A stretch of DNA of 64,000 nt from Halodesulfurarchaeum sp. (GCA_042216015.1 JBDGUI010000011.1:1-64000), one strand, 5' to 3'. Counted from the first letter of the stretch, positions 29,488-40,584 are shown. Translations and numbers: made by a program. The notes: generated by a model not told the origin, from the sequence alone.

Positions 29488-29667
29488 TCAGTTGAGTTTG
29501 TGGGTCACGTAGCCGGCGATCCGGTTGCGAACGCCCTTCGACTCGATGTTCGTCAGCTCGGTGACACTCTCCTTGTTGTGCTCGAAGTCCTCCGGCTGGA
29601 ACGCCTTCGGATAGCGCTCCAGAAGGATCTTCCCGGTCTTCTTGACGTAATCGGGCTTGATGGCCAT
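29488..29667 (-). CDS. rps17e: 30S ribosomal protein S17e
   Basis: MAIKPDYVKK...DFEHNK...SKGVRNRIAGYVT (59 aa, absent from the ORF track). Confidence 0.95.
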   Translation of the reverse strand: MAIKPDYVKKTGKILLERYPKAFQPEDFEHNKESVTELTNIESKGVRNRIAGYVTHKLN

Positions 29668-29778
29668 GTCGCCGTGTACCGGCCGGCCGGGTTAAAACCA
29701 TTCGTTCCGGATCGAGCCGTGCCGCAGGTTCCCAAGCGGCTCCCGACGCTCCGCCAACACTGGTCCTCCGGACCCCGG

Positions 29779-30516
29779 TCATTCGAAGTCCCAGGATCGG
29801 ACCGCCCCGAGGACCCGCTCCAGCACGTGGGGGTCGTCACTGGGACGGCCCACGCTGACGGCGTCAGCCCCGTATTCGAGGTACTCCCGTGCGGTCTCCC
29901 TGTCTCGGACCCCGTTGTTGGCGATCACGAACGCCTCCGTCCGGTCGACGATCTCCCCCACGACCGGTTCAGAATCCATCGCGTCGACGTGGACGATGTC
30001 GGCCCCCGCCGAGTCGAGCACGGAGCAGACCTCGGTGAGGTTTACCCCCGGAACCTCCGTTCGGACCTTCACGCTCACCGTCGCGCCTGCTTCCCCCGCC
30101 ACCCGCACCTGCTCGGCGAGTCGATTTGGATCTCCGAGCAGCGCCTGACCCGCCCCGATCGCGGTCATCTCCTCCTGTCGACAGTGGGCGTTGATCTCGA
30201 GGATCGCGTCGTGCTCCGCACAGATTTCGGCGGACCTGCGGAGCGACTCGTTCTCGATTGCCCGCACGTTGAGACCGGCTTCGACGTCGGCATCCGCCAG
30301 TTCTCCGAGCTGGTCGTTCACGAACGCGAAGGGATCCGGGGGGAGAAACTCCGTCCGGTCCCGGACCGTGACCAACTTCCTCGCGGCATTCCGGGTGTCC
30401 CCATCGAGAGCGATCCCGCCCAGAAAGGCCATGCCAACCCACGGCTCGGCGTCCCTGGCCCACTGGGCGTCCGATCGACCACTCAGACTCGAAATCGCGA
30501 GCCGTGGCTGAAACAT
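29779..30516 (-). CDS. tRNA-dihydrouridine synthase-like TIM-barrel flavoprotein (MJ0144-type)
   Basis: EINAHCRQ, GAGQALL, SVKVR, HVDAMD, IANNG, GADAVSVGR. Confidence 0.88.
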   Translation of the reverse strand: MFQPRLAISSLSGRSDAQWARDAEPWVGMAFLGGIALDGDTRNAARKLVTVRDRTEFLPPDPFAFVNDQLGELADADVEAGLNVRAIENESLRRSAEICAEHDAILEINAHCRQEEMTAIGAGQALLGDPNRLAEQVRVAGEAGATVSVKVRTEVPGVNLTEVCSVLDSAGADIVHVDAMDSEPVVGEIVDRTEAFVIANNGVRDRETAREYLEYGADAVSVGRPSDDPHVLERVLGAVRSWDFE

Positions 30517-31505
30517 CAGGCCACCTCGAGCGCCCGGGCGACCGCCCTTCCAACCCGGGTCGCATCAGCCTCCGTCTCGATCGCCGTGTCGGTTCGGACC
30601 GTCGGGACGGCCAGCTCGCTCGCGTCGGCCGAATCGAGGACGAAGGCGTCGACGAACGGGAGCGCCTCCGCGACGCCCGACGTCGAGGCCGGATACCCTT
30701 CGGCCTCCATGAGTTTCGCCGCCGGTCCCGAGAACACGCGATCCTCGATGAAGGGCGAGACGGCGACGACATTCGTCTCGCGGAGGGCCTCACGAACCCC
30801 GTCGAGGGCCAGCATCGGTCCGATGCTCGTGATCGGATTGGCCGGTCCGATCACGACCGGCTCCGCCAACGCCTCGAGCGTGGCTTCCGACGGACGTGCC
30901 CGGGCTGAACCGCGGAACTCGACGCGCTCGACGGCCGGTTCACCACCACGGGCGACCCAGAACTCCTGGAAGTGCATCGGTCCCTCGGGCGTGTGAACGA
31001 TGCTCGCCACGGGGTCGTCACTCATCGGGACGAGATCCACGGTGAGGTCGAAGGCGTCCCCGAGCTGGCGGGTGACGGCAGTGAGGGACTGGCCCTCCTC
31101 GAGCAGACTCGTGCGGAACAGGTGAACGGCCCGGTCCCGATCGCCGATGTGCAGGAACTCCGGGACCGCCGAGAACCGTCGCCACCGGGCGATTTCCCGG
31201 CCGGCCGTCTGGGCCGGCTCCGGAAGATACGTCGGGCCGTCCGCTCGTTCGAGTTCCTCGGCAAGGGCGATCAGTTCGTCGTGGGTGCTCGAGGTGTCGC
31301 CGGCCCGACCCCACCACCGCTCGCGATCCAGGCGATCGCTCCGTCCGTAGAGAACCGAATCGACGTCCGGGCAGACGAACAGGCCGCCGAGTTCGATGTC
31401 GTCACCGGTGTTGGCGATCACGGTGATCGTCTCGGGGTCGAAAACCGGGTCGGTCCCCCAGAGGAGTTTCGGGGTCCCGGTCCCGCCGGCGAGAACGGTC
31501 GGCAT
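30516..31505 (-). CDS. cofD: 2-phospho-L-lactate transferase (F420 biosynthesis)
   Basis: [47 protein letters not shown]. Confidence 0.95.
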   Translation of the reverse strand: MPTVLAGGTGTPKLLWGTDPVFDPETITVIANTGDDIELGGLFVCPDVDSVLYGRSDRLDRERWWGRAGDTSSTHDELIALAEELERADGPTYLPEPAQTAGREIARWRRFSAVPEFLHIGDRDRAVHLFRTSLLEEGQSLTAVTRQLGDAFDLTVDLVPMSDDPVASIVHTPEGPMHFQEFWVARGGEPAVERVEFRGSARARPSEATLEALAEPVVIGPANPITSIGPMLALDGVREALRETNVVAVSPFIEDRVFSGPAAKLMEAEGYPASTSGVAEALPFVDAFVLDSADASELAVPTVRTDTAIETEADATRVGRAVARALEVA

Positions 31506-31782
31506 ACACCTGCGAAGGCTGGCCCCGGAGTAAACTCTTGTGCAGGCGGTCGAGAGCCCGTACGGATGCCACGTCATCCGACCCCATCCATCTCCAGAAA
31601 CTGGCCGCCTTGACACGACCCGACGACTGGACGGCCTGCCATCGGCCGGTGATCTACGTCCCCCGACGATCCGACACCTCCCGGCCAGCCACCCCCAGAC
31701 GACCGAACGGCCACACACCCAGGTGGCCGGATGATCCCTCACAACCCGACGTTTTTGTGCGAACGCGACGAACTCGCTCGCA

Positions 31783-33033
31783 ATGATCACGATCAAGGAC
31801 AGCGTCCACGACCACATCGAGGTCGATGGCGTGGGGGCTGCCCTCCTCGAGACGCCGCCGGTCCAGCGGCTCAGGCGGGTGAGCCAGTTGGGGACCGCAT
31901 CGCTCGTCTATCCCTCCGCGAATCACACCCGCTTCGAGCACAGCCTCGGCGTGTACGCACTCGCCACGCGGGGACTCGAAACCCTGGGCATTCGGGGGAC
32001 GGACGCGCGTACCGTCCGGGCTGCAGCCCTGCTCCACGACGTCGGGCATGCCCCCATGAGCCACACCATCGAGGAGTTGCTCTACCGTCGAACGAACCGC
32101 CATCACGACGACGTCGGCCACCTGATCGAGTCGGGCGAGATCGCGTCGATTCTCGAGGACCACGGGATCGACCCTGACCGGGTGGCGGCGCTCATCGCCG
32201 GAGAGGGGCGTCTGGGGCAGTTACTGGCGGGCGAACTCGACGTCGACCGCATGGACTACCTCGTCCGGGACGCCCATCACACGGGGGTCCCCTACGGAAC
32301 GATCGACATCGAGCGGCTGCTCCGGGCACTCCGATTCGTCGAACGGGATCTCGTCCTCGCGGAGGGGAACGTCCAGACCGCAGAGAGTCTCCTCCTCGCC
32401 CGGGCGCTGATGAACCCGACTGTCTACAACCACCACGTCGCCCGGATCAGCAAGACGATGCTCCAGCGGGCCACCCATCGGTTGCTCGAGTCGGGAGCGG
32501 CCACGGCGAGCGAGGTGGCCCGGATGGACGATCCAGCCCTTCGGGTCGCACTCAGAGACGTCGAGCGAGCGGCCCCGCTCGCCGAGCGACTCGCCGAACG
32601 GCGGCTGTACAAGCGGGCCATCTGGGCGGAGTACGGTGACGTCGGCGAGGACCGGGCGTCCTCGCTCATCGAGGCCGAACCCGAGACGGTGGGGCACACC
32701 GAACAGGAAATCGCCGATCGGGCCGGGGTCGGCATCGACGAGGTGTTGCTCGACGTCCAGGGTCCACCGATCATGCAGGAGTCGACGACGAAGGTGATCG
32801 TCAACGGGGAGATTCGGGAACTCACCGACCAGTCGACGCTCGTCGGCGCCCTCGAACGGGTACAACTCGAACAGTGGCGGCTGGGCGTCTACGCACCGGC
32901 CGAGCTGAGCGAGGCCGTGGGGCAGGCCGCCGCGGCCGTGCTCGGGCTCGATCTCGAGGGGGGTCGCATCGCGGAAACCGACTCGCCGGGGCGATATGCC
33001 TCACTCTCGGACTTCCGGGGAGGGGGACGATGA
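31783..33033 (+). CDS. HD-domain phosphohydrolase (dNTPase/SAMHD1-like)
   Basis: [36 protein letters not shown]. Confidence 0.92.
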   Translation: MITIKDSVHDHIEVDGVGAALLETPPVQRLRRVSQLGTASLVYPSANHTRFEHSLGVYALATRGLETLGIRGTDARTVRAAALLHDVGHAPMSHTIEELLYRRTNRHHDDVGHLIESGEIASILEDHGIDPDRVAALIAGEGRLGQLLAGELDVDRMDYLVRDAHHTGVPYGTIDIERLLRALRFVERDLVLAEGNVQTAESLLLARALMNPTVYNHHVARISKTMLQRATHRLLESGAATASEVARMDDPALRVALRDVERAAPLAERLAERRLYKRAIWAEYGDVGEDRASSLIEAEPETVGHTEQEIADRAGVGIDEVLLDVQGPPIMQESTTKVIVNGEIRELTDQSTLVGALERVQLEQWRLGVYAPAELSEAVGQAAAAVLGLDLEGGRIAETDSPGRYASLSDFRGGGR

Positions 33034-34055
33034 TCATCGAGGGGCAGATCCTGACCGGTCCGGAGTTCATCGTGAGGGAGGGACGCGTCGTGGTCGAGGA
33101 CGGGAGGATCTCGGCCGTCGAGGAGGCCGACGTCGAAAGCGAGGACATCGTGTTCCCGGCCTTCGTGAACGCTCACGCACACGTCGGTGACTCGATCGCG
33201 AAGGAGGCCGGTCGCGGTCTCGATCTCGAGGCTCTCGTCGCCCCGCCGGACGGGCTCAAACACCGACTCCTCGCCGAGGCCGGCGTGGAGGAGCAGATCG
33301 CGGCAATGGAGCGCTCGCTTTCGTTCATGCAACAGAGCGGGACGGGGACCGTCGTCGATTTTCGCGAGGAGGGCATAGCGGGGGTCAAAGCGCTCCGGCG
33401 AGCGGCCGAGGGCCTCGACATCGAGGCCCTCGCGTTCGGACGGGGGGATCCAGCCGTGCTGGAGATGGCCGACGGCTTCGGAGCAAGTGGGACGAACGAC
33501 GGCGACTTCGAGGCGGCACGAGCGGCCGCCGCCGGGGCGGGAAAGCCGTTTGCCATCCACGCCGGCGAGCAGGATGCCTCGGATATCGACGCCGCCCTGG
33601 CCCTCGAACCGGATCATCTCGTCCACATGGTCCATGCCGACCGGGAGCACCTCGAACGGGTGGCGGACCGGGGGATTCCGATCGTCGTCTCCCCCCGCTC
33701 GAATCTCGTCACCGGCGTCGGACTCCCGTCGGTGTCCACACTCCGCGAGTACACGACCGTCGCGCTTGGAACCGACAACGTGATGCTCAACAGCCCTTCC
33801 ATGTTCCGGGAGATGGAGTTCCTCGCGAAGTGCTGTGACCTTCCAGCCCCTGCCGTTCTCGAGATGGCAACGCGGGCCGGGGCGAGCGTGGCGAACCAGC
33901 CCGGGGGCACCATCAGGACGGGCGAACCGGCCCGGCTGGTGGTTCTCGACGGCGATACGGACAACCTTGCGGGGTACCGGGACCCGGTTCGGGCGGTCGT
34001 CCGCCGGGCCGGCAAAGCCGACGTGAAGCGAGTCCACCTCCCCGGGAACAGTTAA
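33030..34055 (+). CDS. Amidohydrolase family protein (deaminase-like)
   Basis: NAHAHVGD, IHAGE, LVH, PRSN, LGTDN; ATGA overlap with the HD gene. Confidence 0.9.
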   Translation: MIIEGQILTGPEFIVREGRVVVEDGRISAVEEADVESEDIVFPAFVNAHAHVGDSIAKEAGRGLDLEALVAPPDGLKHRLLAEAGVEEQIAAMERSLSFMQQSGTGTVVDFREEGIAGVKALRRAAEGLDIEALAFGRGDPAVLEMADGFGASGTNDGDFEAARAAAAGAGKPFAIHAGEQDASDIDAALALEPDHLVHMVHADREHLERVADRGIPIVVSPRSNLVTGVGLPSVSTLREYTTVALGTDNVMLNSPSMFREMEFLAKCCDLPAPAVLEMATRAGASVANQPGGTIRTGEPARLVVLDGDTDNLAGYRDPVRAVVRRAGKADVKRVHLPGNS

Positions 34056-34081
34056 GGGGCGCCCGGACCCAATCCCTGCCA

Positions 34082-34549
34082 ATGAGCCTCTACGAGCGGA
34101 TCGTCGTCCCGACGGACGGGTCGGCCTCGAGTCAGCCGGCGATCGATCACGCCGTCGATCTCGCGGCGGCCCAGGACGCCACGATTCACGGGGTCTACGT
34201 GGTGAATCTCTCGAGTTTCTCCGGCGTCCCCACCGAGGGGTCCTGGGAGGGCGTGTCCGCGGCCCTCGAACGCGAGGGCGAGGAGGCCCTCGAAATGGTC
34301 GAAGATGCGGCAGCGGTCCGGGAGGTCCCCGTCGAACTCGTCAGGCTGGAGGGGCGCCCGAGCCAGCAGATCGTCGAGTACGCAGATGATATCGACGCCG
34401 ACCTGATCGTCATGGGGACCCACGGCCGCGGCGGGCTGGACCGGTTGTTGCTCGGGAGCGTCGCCGAGCGGGTCGTTCGGGCCGCCTCGGCGCCCGTCAT
34501 GACCGTTCAGGGGCCTGCAGCGGGGGAGTCAGCGGAAATGCCGGAGTGA
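34082..34549 (+). CDS. Universal stress protein
   Basis: IVVPTDGS, DLIVMGTHGRGG...LLGSVAERVVR. Confidence 0.95.
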   Translation: MSLYERIVVPTDGSASSQPAIDHAVDLAAAQDATIHGVYVVNLSSFSGVPTEGSWEGVSAALEREGEEALEMVEDAAAVREVPVELVRLEGRPSQQIVEYADDIDADLIVMGTHGRGGLDRLLLGSVAERVVRAASAPVMTVQGPAAGESAEMPE

Positions 34550-34616
34550 TCGCATCGGAAACGGGGCACGGGTCAGGTGTCCGGACCGCGGAGCACGAAA
34601 CGGACCTGGGACCCGG

Positions 34617-35321
34617 TTACACTTCGCCGAACACGGGGACGGCTGCGCCGTTCGTCGCCAGCGTCGCGTCACTGCACAGTGTCAGCATCGTCAGCGCGAT
34701 GTCGTGGGGATCCACCCACCGCTCGAAATCGCCGCCGGGAATCATCTCCCGGTTGGCCGGGGTGTCGATCACGCTCGGCATGACGGCGTTCGCCCGAACG
34801 GAGCCGGCGTGTTCCTCCGCGATGGTTTCGGTCAGGAGACGAACGCCGGCTTTCGAGGCGCGGTAGGGGCCGTCGCCCTCGCCGCCGGAGAGGGACGCCT
34901 TCGCGCTCACGTTGACGATGGCCCCCTCGGCCGCCTCGAGGTGCGGGAGTGCGTGTTTCGACGCGAGGAAGGCGGTCTTGAGATTCACGTCGAGGACGTG
35001 TTCGTATGTCGAGAGGTCGGTCTCCTCGATCGGATCGCCGCCGGCCCAGGTCCCCGCCACGTTCAGGAGGAAGTCGATCCGGCCGTGCTCTTCGCTGACT
35101 GCCGCGACCAGGTCCTCGACGGAGGGCTCGTCGGTGAGATCGGTCGGATAGAAGTCGATCTCGGATTCTGTGACCGCCGCATCCTCGGCGGGTGGGCTCC
35201 GGGACGTCCCGGCCACGGTCGCTCCGGCCTCGAGAAACGCGGCCGCGACGTGACTTCCCAGACTGCCCGAAACGCCGGTCACCAGCGCCACACGGTCGGT
35301 GAAGTCGAAGTCGACGTCCAT
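34617..35321 (-). CDS. SDR family oxidoreductase
   Basis: TGVSGSLG, NVAG, YRASK, NAVMP. Confidence 0.93.
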   Translation of the reverse strand: MDVDFDFTDRVALVTGVSGSLGSHVAAAFLEAGATVAGTSRSPPAEDAAVTESEIDFYPTDLTDEPSVEDLVAAVSEEHGRIDFLLNVAGTWAGGDPIEETDLSTYEHVLDVNLKTAFLASKHALPHLEAAEGAIVNVSAKASLSGGEGDGPYRASKAGVRLLTETIAEEHAGSVRANAVMPSVIDTPANREMIPGGDFERWVDPHDIALTMLTLCSDATLATNGAAVPVFGEV

Positions 35322-35426
35322 ACGGGGCGATAGCACGGAACGGGGTTATATGCTCGGTTTCGGGGTGGAAACCCGTTCCGAAACCACTCTAGGTGAAGTG
35401 TTGGCCCGTTCCGTCCCGAACTGGCC

Positions 35427-36383
35427 TCACGGTTCGATGACGAGCTTTCCGACGAACTGGTCCTCGAGGACCGCGCGGTGGGCCGCCGGGGCGTCCTCGA
35501 GGGCGTACGTTCGGGCGATTTCGGGTGCGAGATCCCCGGACTCCAGCAGGTCCGCGAGCGCCTCGAGAATCGGGGTGTAGTCCGGGGTGTTGAACATGCT
35601 CATCAGCACCAGCGAGAGGTCCTTTCCCCTCGCGGCGGCAACGTCCGAAAAGCCGGCTGCCGGCTCCGAATTTCCGATGCCGACCACGCGGGTACCCACG
35701 TGTGCGACGTCGGCGTCGAACTGGAGGTAGTCGTCCAGTCGATGGTCGAGGATCACGTCCGGACGACCGGCCTCGATCACCGCCTCTCCGAGGTCCTCGC
35801 GACCGTAATCGAGGGGATGGTCCACGCCGAGTTCCCGGAGCCGGTCGTGGGTTTCCGGGCGCGCGGTCCCGATCACCTCGCTTCCGGCCGCCGCGGCGAG
35901 CTGGACGGCCACGTGGCCGACGCCGCCGCTCGCGCCGTGTACCAGACAGGTGTCACCGAGCGAGAGCGAGGCGTGGTCGATCAGGGCGCGCCACGCGGTG
36001 ACCCCGACGAGTGCGACAGCGGCGCCCTCCCGGGCGGAGACCGAGTCGGGCAGATGCGCGAATCGGTCGGCCGGCCCGACGGCGAACTCCGCGTAGGTCC
36101 CCTGTCGGTCGTTGCCGAGTCCGGTTCCGAAGACCCGGTCTCCGACCTCGAATTCCGTCGCGTCGGGGCCGACGGCCGCCACGGTCCCCGCCACGTCAGC
36201 CCCCGGAATCATCGGCAAGCCGGCGGGGGTGTACTCGCCCGTCCGGAAGTAGGTGTCGACGGGATTGATCGCGGCCGTCCCGACCTCGACGAGGATCTCA
36301 TCGCCCCGGGGTTCCGGTCGGTCGATGGACTCCACGGAGAGAACGGAGGGATCGCCATATTCGTGGTACCGAACGGCTCGCAT
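35427..36383 (-). CDS. qor: NADPH:quinone reductase (zeta-crystallin/MDR family)
   Basis: INPVD, PGADVAG, HGASGGVG, GKLVI. Confidence 0.9.
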   Translation of the reverse strand: MRAVRYHEYGDPSVLSVESIDRPEPRGDEILVEVGTAAINPVDTYFRTGEYTPAGLPMIPGADVAGTVAAVGPDATEFEVGDRVFGTGLGNDRQGTYAEFAVGPADRFAHLPDSVSAREGAAVALVGVTAWRALIDHASLSLGDTCLVHGASGGVGHVAVQLAAAAGSEVIGTARPETHDRLRELGVDHPLDYGREDLGEAVIEAGRPDVILDHRLDDYLQFDADVAHVGTRVVGIGNSEPAAGFSDVAAARGKDLSLVLMSMFNTPDYTPILEALADLLESGDLAPEIARTYALEDAPAAHRAVLEDQFVGKLVIEP

Positions 36384-36471
36384 GCCACCCCATGGGGGCG
36401 CCGGCCCGATAAATACCCATCCCGACGTGCCCGACCGTGGGTTTAAGCGCGCTCCGCCCCCCGATTCGAGC

Positions 36472-37614
36472 ATGCGACTGCACGAGTTCAGGGCGAAGGA
36501 GGTCTTCGAGGCGGCGGGGATTCGAACCCCCGACTCGGCCGTCGTCGAGGACGCCGAGTCCGCCCTGCAGGTGGCGGACGAACTGGGGTACCCGGTCGCG
36601 GTGAAGGCCCAGGTCCCGGCTGGAGGGCGGGGGAAGGCGGGGGGAATCGTCCTCGTCGAGTCCGCGACCGAACTCCGGGACGCCGTGCCGGACATCCTCG
36701 ACATGGAGATCGAAGGCTACCCGGTCGAGACCCTGCTCGTCGAGGCGGCCGTCGACGCCGAACAAGAGCTCTATCTGGGGATCACGATGGATCGCAGCGA
36801 GCGACGGCCGGTCGTCATGGCCTCCGCGAGCGGGGGCGTCGACATCGAGTCCGTCGCCGCCGACACCCCCGAAGCGATCGGTCGCGTTCACGTCGATCCT
36901 GCCTTCGGGCTGCACCCCTACCAGGCCCGCAACGCGGTCTACCGCGCCGGAATCGATCGCGAGATCGCCGGCGACGTTGCCGGGGTCCTCCAGACGCTCT
37001 ACGGTGTCTGGACGGAGAGGGACGCGACCGACGCCGAGATCAACCCCCTCATGGTCACCGCGGGGGGCGAAGTGATCGCCGCCGACGCCGTCCTCAACGT
37101 CGACGACGACGCGCTCTTCAGACAGCCCGACCTCGCCGGCATGGACGCCGAGAGCGGTGGGAACGAACTCGAACGGCAGGCCGAGGAGTCCGGGTTCGAA
37201 TACGTTCGCCTCGACGGGTCGGTCGGCGTGCTTGGAAACGGCGCCGGGCTGGTCATGACCACCCTCGACCTCATCGATCACTTCGGGGGCTCGCCGGCGA
37301 ACTTCCTCGACGTCGGCGGCGGTGCTGACGCCGAACGGGTGGGAGCCGCCCTCGACGTCGTCTTCGGCGATCCCAACGTGAAGGTCGTCCTGATCAATAT
37401 CTTCGGGGGCATCACCCGGGGGGACGAGGTGGCCGAAGGGATCAACGAGGCCCTGGAGGCGTACGAATCGTTGCCGGTTCCCGTCGTGGTTCGGCTCGCC
37501 GGGACGAACGCCGCACTCGGGCGCGATCTCCTGACCGATGCCGTCCACACCGCAGCGACCTTCGAGTCGGCGGTCAATCGGGCCGTCGAACTGGCCCAGG
37601 GAGGTGACACGTGA
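36472..37614 (+). CDS. sucC: Succinyl-CoA synthetase beta subunit
   Basis: MRLHE, KAQV.AGGRGKAGG, EINPL, NGAGL, ANFLDVGG, NIFGGI, RLAGTN. Confidence 0.97.
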   Translation: MRLHEFRAKEVFEAAGIRTPDSAVVEDAESALQVADELGYPVAVKAQVPAGGRGKAGGIVLVESATELRDAVPDILDMEIEGYPVETLLVEAAVDAEQELYLGITMDRSERRPVVMASASGGVDIESVAADTPEAIGRVHVDPAFGLHPYQARNAVYRAGIDREIAGDVAGVLQTLYGVWTERDATDAEINPLMVTAGGEVIAADAVLNVDDDALFRQPDLAGMDAESGGNELERQAEESGFEYVRLDGSVGVLGNGAGLVMTTLDLIDHFGGSPANFLDVGGGADAERVGAALDVVFGDPNVKVVLINIFGGITRGDEVAEGINEALEAYESLPVPVVVRLAGTNAALGRDLLTDAVHTAATFESAVNRAVELAQGGDT

Positions 37615-38480
37615 GCATACTCGTCGACGCGGACACCCGGGTCGTCGTCCAGGGAATCACGGGATCACAAGGAGAGTTCCACGCCGAACAGATGCTCGAG
37701 TACGGAACGAACGTGGTCGCGGGCGCGGTCCCGGGCCGGGGCGGTCAGACGGTTGGGGGGGTTCCGGTCTACGACAGGGTCGAAGCGGCCGTCGAGCAGG
37801 AAGGGGCGGACGCCTCGGTCGTATTCGTCCCGCCAGCGTACGCCGCGGACGCGCTCTTCGAGGCCCTCGATGCGGAACTCGACCTGGTGGTCGCGATCAC
37901 CGAGGGGATCCCCGTGCACGACGCGGTGCGGGTGTACAGGCGCGTCGAGGAGGTCAAAACGCGCCTGATCGGACCGAACTGCCCCGGCGTGATAACCCCG
38001 GGAGTGGCTAAACTCGGCATTCTGCCGGGAGAGGTATTCCAGCCTGGATCGGTCGGTGTCGTCTCCCGGTCGGGAACGCTGACCTACCAGATCGTCGAGA
38101 ACCTCACCAACGAAGGACTGGGGCAGTCCACGGCGGTCGGAATCGGGGGAGACCCAATCGTCGGTACCGGATTCCAGGAGGTACTCGCCGCCTTCGAGCG
38201 GGATCCCGGCACTGACTCGGTCGTGCTGATCGGGGAGATCGGCGGCGAGGAGGAAGAGCAGGCGGCAGCCTACATCGAGCGGGAGATGGACACCCCCGTG
38301 GTCGGCTTCATCGCCGGGCGAACCGCCCCGCCGGGCACTCGGATGGGCCACGCGGGCGCGATCGTTTCCGGATCGGGCACCGGAACGGCCGAGAGCAAGA
38401 TCCGGGCCCTCGAAGCCGCCGGTGTTCCGGTGGGGAAGACTCCCGGCGACGTCGCGTCCCTCCTCGGGGATCTGGAGTAG
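37611..38480 (+). CDS. sucD: Succinyl-CoA synthetase alpha subunit
   Basis: [36 protein letters not shown]. Confidence 0.97.
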   Translation: MSILVDADTRVVVQGITGSQGEFHAEQMLEYGTNVVAGAVPGRGGQTVGGVPVYDRVEAAVEQEGADASVVFVPPAYAADALFEALDAELDLVVAITEGIPVHDAVRVYRRVEEVKTRLIGPNCPGVITPGVAKLGILPGEVFQPGSVGVVSRSGTLTYQIVENLTNEGLGQSTAVGIGGDPIVGTGFQEVLAAFERDPGTDSVVLIGEIGGEEEEQAAAYIEREMDTPVVGFIAGRTAPPGTRMGHAGAIVSGSGTGTAESKIRALEAAGVPVGKTPGDVASLLGDLE

Positions 38481-38554
38481 GGCTTCCTCCGCTCTCCCCC
38501 CCCCCAGTCTTCCATCCCTGACCGTCAAGCGGGCCCCGCCGTATCGGCCGAGGA

Positions 38555-39301
38555 CTACCGCTCACGGCGGGCGTAGACGATCTCGATCGGACGATCGAGA
38601 ACGGGATCGCGGTCGGGCTCGGCGGGAATCCGTTCGAGTTCGTCCGGTCCTCGCGTGGCGCTTGCGGCCAGTACGAGCGCGTCGAGAATGTCGTCCGTCT
38701 TGGACCCGGCGACGACCGGGGCATAGGACGGTTTCGTGAGCGTGTCGACGGCCTCCTCGTAGGCGGCCACGAGTGCCGGATCGACCGCTTCGAGGACCGC
38801 CAGACGGGCTTCGCGCCCTGCCTCGGTCCCCTTCGGCGCCGCGATGGGTTCCCCGTCGTTCAGGCCCGCAAAGCAGAGCTCCGGATGGGCCTCGAGGATC
38901 TGGTCCTCGCGGACCTCCTCCGTGAATTCCCGGAGGAACACGTCGAGTTCCCGGATCCGAGGCACGATCGCCCAGACCTGGTTTTGCACGCCGAAGTCCG
39001 CCGGCTCCTGTCGAGCCTTGGCCTCCTCGATGTTCGGAGCATAGACCGCCTCCCGGGTCGGCGTGAGAAAGACGCTCGCCTGTCGTCCCCCACCCAGTAT
39101 CGATTTGGCCGTCAGATCGGGGGCCCGTTTGCCGGACGTTTGGAGTCCGATCGGGACGTCGACGAGAATCGTCGTGGCATCGCGATGGGGGTGCCAGAGG
39201 TTCAGAATGGTCGGATAGAACTCCACCGACCACGCTCCCTCGTCGCGGATTGCGGCGACCCACCCGTTCCCGGCCCAGTCCACGCCGACACACGCTGCCA
39301 T
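38555..39301 (-). CDS. DUF429 family predicted nuclease (RNase H-like fold)
   Basis: VGVD..GW, VDVPIGL, EAHPE, DDILDA motifs. Confidence 0.85.
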   Translation of the reverse strand: MAACVGVDWAGNGWVAAIRDEGAWSVEFYPTILNLWHPHRDATTILVDVPIGLQTSGKRAPDLTAKSILGGGRQASVFLTPTREAVYAPNIEEAKARQEPADFGVQNQVWAIVPRIRELDVFLREFTEEVREDQILEAHPELCFAGLNDGEPIAAPKGTEAGREARLAVLEAVDPALVAAYEEAVDTLTKPSYAPVVAGSKTDDILDALVLAASATRGPDELERIPAEPDRDPVLDRPIEIVYARRER

Positions 39302-39373
39302 GATCGGGTTGGTGGATTCCAGCCACTTAGCTGAGTTGAACCGGGAAAATTGCCAGAGAGGGTCGACGAATCG

Positions 39374-39607
39374 TCAGTCCGACATCGAGTACGACGGGGC
39401 CCGCTCGACCCGTTCGGCGGAGTCGCCGTCACTCCCCACTGCGGGTGCGTTGACGAAGAGTGCGTGGCCCATCAGTCCGATTGCGAGAAGGCCTCCGGTC
39501 GAAATCGCCAGCGGGACTGGAAGGCCAGCGACGTGGAGACCGCCGCCGATACCGAGCAGGACCACCGGAATGAAACCGAGGACGTAGTCGTAATAGGTAG
39601 CCATCAT
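39374..39607 (-). CDS. Small two-TM haloarchaeal membrane protein
   Basis: YYDYVLGFIP...GHALFVNAP; AT-rich promoter-like region upstream. Confidence 0.75.
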   Translation of the reverse strand: MMATYYDYVLGFIPVVLLGIGGGLHVAGLPVPLAISTGGLLAIGLMGHALFVNAPAVGSDGDSAERVERAPSYSMSD

Positions 39608-40118
39608 ATTCACCCGTGTCATAGTACATGAGATGGGTATATAATTCCTTTGGGAGGGTTAGCCAACACATTTACCTAAGTTATGAATCGGCCATACTGG
39701 GTTCCAGCGAATCCCGCAAACCGAGATCCCAGCCGATGACGATTCCGAGGATCAAAAACGGAACCGAAGCCCTCGCCATTGTGAGGTCCTGGAAGGTGAA
39801 TCCGGCTCCGAACCAACATCGCCGGCAGGCAATAAAGAATCGTGACACCGAGCCCGGTGCGACCGGCCTGAAGCGACGGGTGAGCGATCAGTGGCCCGCC
39901 AACGAGGAGGTAGAGCTCACGACCGAGAGGAACCCTCCCGCCCCTCACCACCGATCGGTCACAATCACCCATCTTCAAGACGGCGAGAACCTGGTCACTG
40001 CGAGTGCTCCGATGGAGCGTCTCGACCAGAACCGCCGGCGGGTTGAGCCAGGTATTCAATCGTTACCCGCCGACTATCGCCCAGTCCCCCGGGCCCCGCT
40101 CGGCTTTAAAGCTCGCGA

Positions 40119-40509
40119 GACCTCAGAAGGTACCGGGCCCCGTTTCAGGTGTGAGAAGCGCGAGGGTTCCCGGGCAGCAAAGCAAGACGTGGATGGATCG
40201 GGACGCGAATATTGTTCGCGGCGCGAACCGTCCAGCGGACCCGAGTGCCGCGATTCCCCGAGCGGAACGCTCGGGCCGAGGAACCCCCGAAGGGGGTGAG
40301 GAGGCTTTTGGTCCAGCTTTTGCCAGTGGAGCGAGCGTTAGCGAGCGGAACGCAGCAAAAGGTGGATGGGTCGGGGCGGATTCGAACCGAAATCACTTCG
40401 CTCGCAAGCTCGCTCGAGATAGGGCTCGAATCCGCCGCTCGATTTCCGACCGCGATCTCATCGCAGCGACACAGCAAGCTGATCGCTGCGAGGTGAGAGT
40501 CGCTGAAAA
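40119..40509 (-). repeat. tRNA-trailer structured element, copy 2, with distal hairpin module
   Basis: 24-bp exact copy of the tRNA-Val 3' end at 40366-40389, inverted T-arm copy near 40422-40436, 17-bp block at 40443-40459 identical (reverse complement) to 69-85. Left boundary approximate. Confidence 0.8.
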
Positions 40510-40584
40510 TGGGTCGGGGCGGATTCGAACCGCCGGACTCCTCCATGTCAAGGAGGTGTCATAGCCAGACTAGACCACCGACCC
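40510..40584 (-). tRNA. tRNA-Val(GAC)
   Basis: GGGTCGG..acceptor..CCGACCC-A; anticodon arm CCTCC-TTGACAT-GGAGG; T arm GGCGG-TTCGAAT-CCGCC. Confidence 0.97.

Noticed and set aside
31510..31780. C-rich 270-bp gap between cofD and the HD gene as a possible ncRNA or repeat
   Set aside because: No convincing periodicity or stable structure found by eye.
35356..35385. GGTTTCGG..CCGAAACC hairpin between qor and the SDR gene
   Set aside because: Single short inverted repeat with no T-tract or second copy; function unsupported.
39628..40299. 223-aa plus-strand ORF between the small membrane gene and tRNA-Val
   Set aside because: Basic, Arg/Pro-rich, atypical codon use, and it runs into the repeat element. 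It may hide a decayed gene but I could not identify one.
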